Source: Geosiphon pyriformis uo1
Lineage: Eukaryota > Fungi > Glomeromycota
Length of the DNA: 64,000 nt
Reading direction: 5' to 3'
Assembly (NCBI GenBank): GCA_016748015.1
Contig: JAAOMT010000426.1
Coordinates: 153,620 to 217,619, forward strand
Every line of letters starts with the position of its first letter. The first letter of the stretch is position 1. A model generated the notes under the pieces. The model did not search any database, was not told the origin of the DNA, and was given only the letters and a program-made list of their open reading frames with translations. This document shows positions 13,645 to 23,415 of this stretch, in pieces. The translations under genes were made by a program, and so were the position numbers.

Positions 13645-14617
13645 TGTTACCAGACGAAATTAGAGATATTGCTTAACATGAAATTACCCTTATAATTCTT
13701 ATCATTAATTAGCATTTCAAATTATCACTTATTACATTAGCAAAATATCTGAAATTATCATTTAATTAATAATCCAATTTGTACATAACACAAATGTAAC
13801 TTAATTGTGATGATCAATCATGCAATACCCCAAACTATGTAACATTCAAAAAGTTTGCCGAAATTTGTAGAAATTTGCCAAAATAATTGATAGTTCACCA
13901 AAATATCTAATAGTTCACAGAAATAACTTGTAGTTTGCCAAAATGTAGCTTTAGTTCAGTGAAATTGTAGAAAAAAACAAAGTTCAAGTTCATAAAATAG
14001 TGTTACAACAAGTTGTATAAAAGAAGAGCTTCTCTCTTTGAGAAAATATATCTTACCTTAGATTTATTACTTAGAACCATTTCTATACACACAAAAAGAA
14101 ATAAATATCAGATAATTCGAAAAAACCAAATTCTTTAATTATTGCACTTGGAAAATCCCCAAAATCCAACTAACATTTGAAATTGATTAGCTACCAATTT
14201 CAGTAAAACTGTTAATAACTTCAGGCCTAAATAGAAAATGTTTCTCTTGACAGAATTTTATTTCTTTTACAATTCTTTTATTTTCTTTCTTTTATTTTCT
14301 TATTATAATCATTAGGGTAGCCTATAAACGAGATTTCTGTAAAAGAGTTGACTTTCACAGCAAAGTAACTACACATTTTCAGTAAGCTTTCAGACAAGCA
14401 ATTCCTGGGAAAGAGTTGACGTTTACTACAACGTAACTACATGAAACAACTGGCATGGAATTGGCCATTCCACTATAAGCCCAGTAGTTTAAATTATAAG
14501 AAATAATTTGAAAATAAATTCAGTTACTGGAGGTTCAACCACATCCAGACAATGTGAATTCACAACAAATAGGCATCAATGACATTTAAGAAAAGAGACC
14601 AAAAATCTCTGGTAACA
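13645..14617 (+). repeat. 5' LTR (973 bp)
   Basis: Direct repeat of 22471-23415 with TG...CA ends. Confidence 0.97.
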
Positions 14618-14619
14618 TT

Positions 14620-14631
14620 TGGTGCTCTCCC
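14620..14631 (+). promoter_or_regulatory. Primer-binding site
   Basis: TGGTGCTCTCCC 2 nt after the 5' LTR; TGG pairs with the tRNA CCA end; the tRNA cannot be assigned from this window. Confidence 0.8.
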
Positions 14632-17600
14632 ATGAAAATAACACAGTGACAACAACTTCAAAAGTGGTAACTCAAACAGATTCAAGAACTCTAGAGTATT
14701 ATCAGTTAATCTACACCCACTGCAAGCAAAAATTTAACATCTCAGACAGAATTGAAACATTCAAGAAAACACTTTACCAGTACATTGAAAATCACATCAA
14801 CAATTATCTTTTTGGAGACTACAACATTTCAGAAGTTAGACACAACTTATATGAAAGCTTAGTACATCATTCTTGTCTAAACACTCAGAATTTTAACAGT
14901 CAAACACTTGAAACATATTTTCAAGAACTCAACTTCAATATTATTCAGTATTGTGAAGAGAATTACCCAGTAGAACAGAAATTTTCTTTTGGTTTTGAAT
15001 CAGAAACAGAAAAAGGAAAAGAAAAAAGGAAACAAAAACTCAGAACTACTCCCAATACACCCAAAACCACTGCCAAACATTTACAAACTCCAGAACCAAG
15101 AACTAGCTTTAAATTACTCCTTTCAATTACACCATTTCTAGCTTCACTTGCTCAACTACAAACACTAAGCTTACCACTTATTCGGTTTTCAAAAATAGAA
15201 GATTTTCAGTCACCCAAAAGCCCTATTCAATAACAAAAACCAATATTAACCAGCACAAACCTTATTGACTACTTAGCAGAAAATTGAAGTAAAGAGACCA
15301 AATCAGAACAAGAAACAGAAAACTCAGAAAACAAAGAAGAAATGGCCTCCACATACATCACAAAAATTCCTGAGTTCACAGGAGAAGACAGCGAAACCAA
15401 TCCTCAAGAATGGCTTAACAAAGTCTCAAAAACAGGAGATGCAAATGGTTGGAATGCTGCCAGAATGTTAAAAGCAATTCCATATTTCTTATAAGGAACG
15501 GCTGGTGAATGATTTGAAAACTTGAAAGCCCCACCAGAACACTGGAAAGTATTCAAAACTGCTTTTCTAGAACAGTTCACTGACAATAACACTTCCATTA
15601 CCCTTTGAAATCAGTTCCAAAATATCAAGCAAGAACCAAGTAAATCAGTTATGACCTATTTTGGGAAATTTAACAAACTGCTTAGAAGGATTCACCAATT
15701 GGAAACCAATGAATACTACTCTAATGCACAAATCTTGGACCAATTTATTGCTGGACTAAAAGACAAACTTATCAAGAAAGTTCACCCACATGCACCAGAA
15801 GATTTAGCCACTGCTATTCAACAGGTAAAAAACTATGAAATGGCTATGGAAGAAGCTAACTATACCAAACTTGTTAATCTGGCTATTGGAGAAACCAGTT
15901 CAGCAGCTGAAAAAAAGATTGACCAATTAACCAAAAAAGTTGAAAACTACTTCACCAATCAACAGCAACAACAGCAGCCGCAGCAGCCACAGCAATCACA
16001 ACAACCATAAAGATACCAACCCCCACAATAACGCAATTAAAACAATTTCGGACCACCATCCAACAACCAAATCCAAAATTGCTATTACTGTGGAATTCTT
16101 GACCACTGGAAAAGAAATTGCAGAAAGCTACAATGAGACCAACAAAATAGAAGTAATCAATGTTACCCTCTATCACAACAATCTTATTACCAACCACTAC
16201 TACTACCAGCTTACTATCTACCAAGACTGCAATATCAAACCAACTACTATCAACCTGTTCTACAGCCAATGCAACAACAGTATCGACAACTCATTCAATA
16301 TTACCAAGTACCTGCTCAAAGATTGGTTCAACAAAACCAATTTGCACCACAAAACCGATTCACAACAAACAACAACAGAATCAACCCAAATAACCAATTA
16401 GTTCTCTGAAATTCAGCTCAGCCAAGATCCACTCATTATCATACTCAACCTAGCTATCTTACAATATCTGAAGAACAGGATTTTCACCATATTGCACTCT
16501 CATCAGCCAGAATTGCTGAAAATGCCAATCTCTTTGATATTTTTTTTTTTGAGTTCGAAGCCAATAAATCATCATTTCTATTTAGCAATGCTGCTGCAAA
16601 TGAACAGAAAGCAATTATAGCTATGTATACTGAAGCTGAAGTTGAAGGAAAGACAATTTGCTTAATTCTAGACAGTGGATCCACTGGAAGTATTATTACT
16701 TACTAGTTGATGCAACAGTTAAAGAGAAATGTTAACTGACCAGCTCAAACAGTAATTGTTACTACTGATGGCATGAAAAAGACTCTAGTGAGAAAAATTG
16801 ACAATTTTCTATTCATTCTTGATGGAATCACCATTCCAGTCAAAGTTCTTGTGATGGACGCTCCTCAGTATCAAGCTCTTGTCGGAAATGACTGGCTTCA
16901 AAAAGCCAATGTGAAATTAGACTGGAAAACCCAATAACTACAAATCTCTTACCAAGAACAACACACCCAAGTACCTGTCACTTGTGGTATATTCAACAAA
17001 TGCTCCAAAAAAGCCCTGGCTTTTGAATTTGAACCAGAAGAAGAAAAACCAATAATCAAAACATTCATGGCTCTTAGATCAACATCCAATTTGGCTGAGG
17101 AAACTGAACAAGAACATTTTACTCCACACTCTAAACCTAAAACTCCTGGATGGAATATCTCTTACTTAAAGCCTGAATCAAGGAAACAATGCCCCTAAAT
17201 TCCTCTTAAATGTAAGAACTGCCACAAGAAACTATCATTAATGGGAGCTTGTATTTCACCTGAGGAAAAATATGAAAGTCATATCTGCTACTACTACAAG
17301 GCCTGCCATTGAGAACGATGGGGCCACTTGATCAAAAGAAGCGGAAAATGGGATAGAACACCCTGTCTTACTTATGGAAAGCAGCTTCCTGATAAATATG
17401 ACTGGATTAATGTTGCATTTAAAGGAGGAGTCTGCGATCAAACTTACCAATATGCTCTTTTTATTGCAGAAAAGGTAAAATGTGGAACACCTTTTAATGC
17501 CGCATACAATAGTGCTCTCAACAAACTCCATAATTACCCCCATAACGCCGAAATGATCTATGAATTTGCCATAGTTTTAATTAACAGAAGAACCAAAGAA

Positions 17601-17930
17601 GATGTTCTTCAAATGAAAGAAGCTAAATATATCAAATATACCTTGGAATTAGCTGGATTCGATTATGAAGATAAAATAGAAGTGTACCATCAAATTGCAA
17701 ATCACACTTACCCAACCAAAAAAGCTCAAACTCAATGGCTAGAGCAAATAAATATTAAATTATGTGAGGAATGCATAATGTCTTGTGATGAACAATGGTG
17801 TCCTGAATGCTATGCTCTTAGCATTTTATTACTTAGCAAAAGTGAAGAATATGAAATCAAATTTGGTGAACCTAAAGCAACAGAAGAAATTGAAATAACA
17901 CCTATCTATCTTATCAAAAGTCAGCCTGCT

Positions 17931-18365
17931 TTACAGCTCAAATATTTCAACAACAACAGACAAGAAATAAAGCCTAAAAAAGCACATGAAATTGATGCTG
18001 GATATGATCTACAATATCCAGAAAAAGACACTTTGGTTCTTCAACCAAATTTTCTTATCAAGATCAATCTCAAAATTGCCCTCAAAATCCCACCAGGAGC
18101 AATGGTCCAAATTGCTTCACAATTATTATTGGCAAGCAAAAGAATCAATGTTAGAGGAGGAATCATAGATGCTGGATATACAGAAGACATTACAATCATG
18201 TTACAAAATGAAACTGATAAACCTTTTCAGATTGAACATGCTGAAAAAATTGCTCAAGCTATTTATTTACCCTTAATCAACATTTCAGGTTTACAATTAA
18301 TTAATCAAAGAAAACAATTGGGAAAAAGGAAAAGAGGAACCAATGGTTTTGGTTCAACTGGATGA
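17931..18365 (+). other. Trimeric dUTPase domain within Pol
   Basis: All five motifs in order: AGYDL, ASQLLLA (decayed RSSLA), GIIDAGYTEDI, IAQAI, RGTNGFGSTG. Confidence 0.93.
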
Positions 18366-21300
18366 TTCACAGTTTCAGTAAACATAGCTTTTAATGAACA
18401 AAATGAATCTTACCAGATTCTATAACTTCCACAACCAATTACTATTTCACCCTTTGGGGAACATCCAGAAATCTACACCTGCCCAAAGCCAACAACCACA
18501 CAACAAATTTTTGAATCCAACAAACAAGTCTGCTTGGAACATAATATCTCGATCCCAAACATTTATATTCCAAAAGAAACAAAGAAAGTTCAAGTTACTT
18601 TTTACAATCTCAATAATTATCCTATAGTTTTATTAAATAACTTAGAAATTGGAGTCATTCACAGTAATATCTTTCAACAAGAACTACCCCAAACAGTTCT
18701 CAATTTCTCGGAAATCATTGGACATTTACTACCAAAAATCAACCCAAATCTCAGCTCTAAAAACTACCATGTTGTTATGGAAAAACCATCTCGAATCAAC
18801 ATAAGACAACTTGAACCACAACAACAGAACCAGCTTAAAGAGCTAATTGCAGAATTTGCTGATATCTTTGCCAAAAACAACAATGACTTAGGAAGAACTG
18901 ATTTGGTTCAACACCAAATCTATACAGGAGATGCCAAACTAAGGCAACAACAAGCCTACCAAGTTGCTTTAGAAAGCCACCAATTTATCAAAGAAAAAGT
19001 ACAATGGATGTTTAACAATGGGCTTATTCAATCATCAATGAATCTATGGGCCTCATCTGTGGTCTTAGTTAAAAAGAAAAATGGAAAAATATGATTTTGT
19101 GTTGATTATCGACAACTCAACAGTATTACTATTAGAGATGCTTACCTTCTTTTCCGAATTGATGACATGTTGGATGCTCTTAGAAAGTCCAAATACTTTT
19201 CGACATTAAATTTAGAGAGTGAATACTGACAAGTTGCCATGGATCCCAAAGATCATCTCAAAACAGCATTCACCACTCAAGGAGAAAATTATGAGTTCAA
19301 CATAATGCCTTTTGGATTATGCAATGCACCAGCAACATTCCAAAGACTCATGGATGTTGTTTACAAAAGCCTCCTTTGGAAATCAGTAGTTGTTTATCTC
19401 AATGATACTGATGTTTATTTACCATCTTTTGAATTACACTTAACACATCTGCGAGAAGTTTTTCAATGATTGTGGAAAGCAGAACTGAAACTGAACATTG
19501 AAAAATGCTACTTTGGAAAAATGAGTTTGGTCTTTCTTGGCCACATTGTGAGCAAAGATGGAATTAAACCAGACTCTAGAAAAATCAGCACTGTCAAAAA
19601 CTTCAAGACTCTACAAAATACCACAAAATTGAGAGGATTTATTGGATTAGCTTCCTATTACCGAAAATTCATCAAAGAATTCTCAGAAATTGCAAAACCC
19701 CTTAACCAGCTCACTACTAAAAATGTCAAATACAAATAGACAGAAAAACACCAAAAAGCTTTTGAAATTCTTAAGGAAAAGCTGACAACAGCTCCAATTC
19801 TCACCTACTTAGACTTCAGTAACTGATTTTGACTAGTTACAGATGTTTCTTATACTGCTTTTGGTGCCATTTTATCACAATTAAACGACAATGGAAATGA
19901 GTGAGTAATTGTTTATGCTAGCAAAACATTAAAACCAGCCGAGAAAAACTATCCTGTCATAGAACTAGAAACAGCAGCCGTAATTTGGGCCCTACACCAC
20001 TTCAATCTTTATCTTAGGCCTAAAGAATTCGATATTATCACTGATAATATTGAACTCAAATGACTTCAGAACAAAAACACTCAGCTGAACACCAAACAAA
20101 TCTGATGGACAGAATTTCTAGCCAACTACCAATATATTGTACATCACAAACCAGGAAAGCTCCACACCAATGTTAATTGTTTCTCAAGAATAAGGCAAGA
20201 TTAGAACACAAAACCAACACTCATTCGAATTAGCAGTAACAAAAAAAAAAAAAAAAAAAAAAAAACAATGAACAATAAATCCTGAAAACTACAACAATCT
20301 TAAACAATATTTGGAGACACTAACAATCTCAACAGATTGGTCTTCAGATGAAAAACACTGATTACAACAAAAAGCCAAACAATATTTTCTATACAACAAC
20401 ACCATTTATTATCAAAACTTCAGAAACCCAGACAAATCACTCATATTAATACAGGAAAATGAAAAGGAAACAATCTTATACAACATGCACTCAGACCTTT
20501 CATTAGCACATTTAGAAAAAGATAGCACCACCCAAAGAACATTAGAACACTACTTTTGGTCCCAAATGAAAAAAGACATTCATGAATACATTAAATCTTG
20601 TGATATTTGTCAAAAAAAAGGAAGAACTTGCCCTACAGAATCTTTAAATCCAATCAAAGTTGGACAGCCTTTTGACCAAGTTGGTATCAATTTAGTCAGA
20701 CCACTACCTATTACAAACCAAGAAAACTGTTATATTGCAGTAGTTGTAGATTATCTCACCAAATAGCCTGAAGCCAGAGCCATTCAATGAACAGATGCAA
20801 AATCAGTAGCAAACTTCATTTACAAAGACATTATTTGTAAACACGGATGCCCAATTGAACTTTTATCTGATCAAAAAACACATTTTGTAAACAATCTAAT
20901 TCAAGAAATCTGTGAACAATTCAATGTTAAAAGACCATTATCTTTACCCTACCATCCACAAACAAATAGACTTGTAGAATGTTTCAACAGAACATTGTGT
21001 GAATCTTTAGCCAAAGTCTCAACAAATTTTAAGCAGAAATGAGATATCTTTATTCCATCAGTATTACTAGTATATAGAACACTAAAACAAGATACCACAA
21101 AACATACACCATTTGATTTAACCTATGGAAGGACAGCAATGTTACCAATTAGTTTCATAGTGAAAACATACCCAGTACAGCCAATTAATGAAGACAACTT
21201 TCAGGAAATACTACAATGAAGAGCCTACACTCTGCTTAGCACATTGGAAGAAAAATGACGAATAGTAGCAACCCACATTGAACACTCCCAAGCTCAACAA

Positions 21301-21782
21301 AAAAAACAGCATGACAACAAATTGCCACTAGTCACTAATGAATTTAAAATTGGAAACAAAGTTCTCTTACACAGAACTAAAGCCAAAAAACAATAGAGTG
21401 AAAAATTTGAAAATAAATGGAATGGACCATTCTTTATTCATGAAATCCTAGGCAATGGATCATACAAGTTAAGACTTGATGACAAAATCCTAGCAAAAGT
21501 TGCACATAGAAATTGTTTGAAACACTATAATTCCAGAAACAATCCTGAATCATTAATTCCACAAATTGGTACACATTTCTCATTAATCAATCCTGAAGAT
21601 ATTCTCCGAAATTTAGAACCAATAGTTGTCATTGAACAATCTCCCAACTTAAACACTTAATTTAAATTTATTAATATAGTTATCTCCTTATAATTTAGAA
21701 ACAATCTCACAAAAACAAAACAAAAATAACATAAAAACCCATACACCAAAAATAATTTTCCTTTATTTTCAAATCTTTTATA

Positions 21783-22436
21783 ATGACTATTCCTCAAATC
21801 ATTCAACAATTATCCCAAAAACTAATGTTAGCTTTAAAAATAATACCCGAATTATCCATTACTGTTACTGGAAACCACATTAATTATACCCAAACAAAAG
21901 TAGTTACAAATTTAGCCCCAAATGCACGAAAATATCACTTGTATAAGAAAAACACAAGAAGTTATTTTGGAATTTACCTGCCAGAACTTTTAAAACTTGT
22001 TTTAAGAGAAAACTTAATGCTTACTCCTATTAGTATTCCACCAAATGCTACTATTCAACAAAAACTTCAACTGTGTCTTAATGAAGAAAACTATGACTAT
22101 ACTCCAATATATAGATATTTCTACATTGAAAAAGCACTTTATGAACAAAAATGGGAGCTTACAGCAGCAAATCTCACAAAAGAAGCTATTTGGAAACAAC
22201 TTCACAATGAATTCAAGACAACAGTTGGACCTACAAACAGTCATTATAAACTAAGAGCTGCTCTTAGACTTTATGACCTATTCCACACCTGTGAAAACGT
22301 CCTACAAAACCCAATTTTACAGCCTTTGAAGATTCAATATATTGGAAAGCTTACAAAACTGAAATTTCAACAATTTTTAGACCAAATTTTTTTAATAATT
22401 TTGAATTATTATCTGGAAATTACAGACAGTACTTAG
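21783..22436 (+). CDS. Additional 217-aa ORF of the Gypsy element, function unknown
   Basis: ATG-initiated, stop-free ORF between the integrase stop (21660) and the PPT. Confidence 0.7.
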   Translation: MTIPQIIQQLSQKLMLALKIIPELSITVTGNHINYTQTKVVTNLAPNARKYHLYKKNTRSYFGIYLPELLKLVLRENLMLTPISIPPNATIQQKLQLCLNEENYDYTPIYRYFYIEKALYEQKWELTAANLTKEAIWKQLHNEFKTTVGPTNSHYKLRAALRLYDLFHTCENVLQNPILQPLKIQYIGKLTKLKFQQFLDQIFLIILNYYLEITDST

Positions 22437-22457
22437 ACTTCGACAGAGCTCAGTCTT

Positions 22458-22467
22458 GAGAAGGAGA
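22458..22467 (+). promoter_or_regulatory. Polypurine tract
   Basis: GAGAAGGAGA 3 nt before the 3' LTR. Confidence 0.8.
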
Positions 22468-22470
22468 TTA

Positions 22471-23415
22471 TGTTACCAGACAAAATTAGAGATATTGCTT
22501 AGCATAAAATTACCCTTATAATTCTTATCATTAATTAGCATTTCAAATTATCACTTATTACATTAGCAAAATATCTGAAATTATCATTTAATTAATAACC
22601 TAATTTTGATGATCAATCATGCAATATCCCAAACTATGTAACATTCAAAAAGTTTGCCGAAATTTGTAGAAATTTGCCAAAATAATTGATAGTTCACCGA
22701 AATATCTAATAGTTCATAGAAATAACTTGTAGTTCGCCAAAATATAGCTTTAGTTCAGCAAAATTGTAGAAAAAAACAAAGTTCAAATTCATAGAATAGT
22801 GTTACAACAAGTTGTATAAAAGAAGAGTTTTTTTTTTGAGAAAATGTATCTTACCTTAGATTTATTACTTAGAACCATTTCTACACACACAAAAAGAAAT
22901 AAATATCAAATAATTCGAAAAAACTAAATTCTTTAATTATTGTACTTGGAAAATCCCCAAAACCCAACTAATGTTTGAAATTGATTAGCTACCAATTTCA
23001 GTAAAACTGTTAGTGACTCCAGGCCTGGATAGAAAACATTTCCCTTAACAAAATTCTATTTCTTTTACAATTCTTTTATTTTCTTTCTTTTATTTTTTTA
23101 TTATAATCATTAAGGTAGTCTACAAACAAGATTCCTGTAAAAGAGTTGACTTTCACAGCAAAGTAACTACACATTTTCAGTAAGCTTCCAGATGAGCAAT
23201 TCCTGGGAAAGAGTTGATGTTTACTACAACATAACTACATGAAACAACTGGCATGGAATTGGCCATTCTACTATAAGCCCAGTAGTTCAAATTATAAGAG
23301 ATAATTTGAAAATAAATTCAGTTACTGGAGGTTCAACCACATCCAGACAACGTGAATTCACAACAAACAGGCATCAATGACATTTAAAAAAAGAGACCAA
23401 AAACCTCCAGTAACA
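22471..23415 (+). repeat. 3' LTR (945 bp)
   Basis: Direct repeat of the 5' LTR with one ~27-bp deletion and many transitions. Confidence 0.97.

Larger units (their letters stand above)
14619..21660 (+). pseudogene. gag-pol polyprotein remnant
   Basis: Gag (IPEFTGED...PQEWL, ~15360); CCHC knuckle CYYCGILDHWKRNC (16080-16121); protease LILDSGS (16662-16682); dUTPase; RT (MPFGLCNAPATFQ; YLND at 19395); RNase H (TDVS, ELETAA); integrase (H..H..CDIC, YHPQTN, GPF). Gag to RH is in one frame broken by many stops; IN is shifted +1 at the A25 run. Confidence 0.95.
13645..23415 (+). mobile_element. Full-length Ty3/Gypsy (Metaviridae) LTR retrotransposon carrying a dUTPase, inactivated
   Basis: Two LTRs (TGTTAC...GTAACA), TSD GTGG at 13641-13644 and 23416-23419, PBS, PPT, and domain order Gag-PR-dUTPase-RT-RH-IN. 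Confidence 0.97.

Noticed and set aside
13851-13970. Regularly spaced repeats resembling a CRISPR array
   Set aside because: Units are too short and degenerate, lie within an LTR, the context is eukaryotic and there are no cas genes.
15940-16401. Alternative-frame and antisense ORFs in gag
   Set aside because: By-products of the CAA-rich Gln/Pro region.
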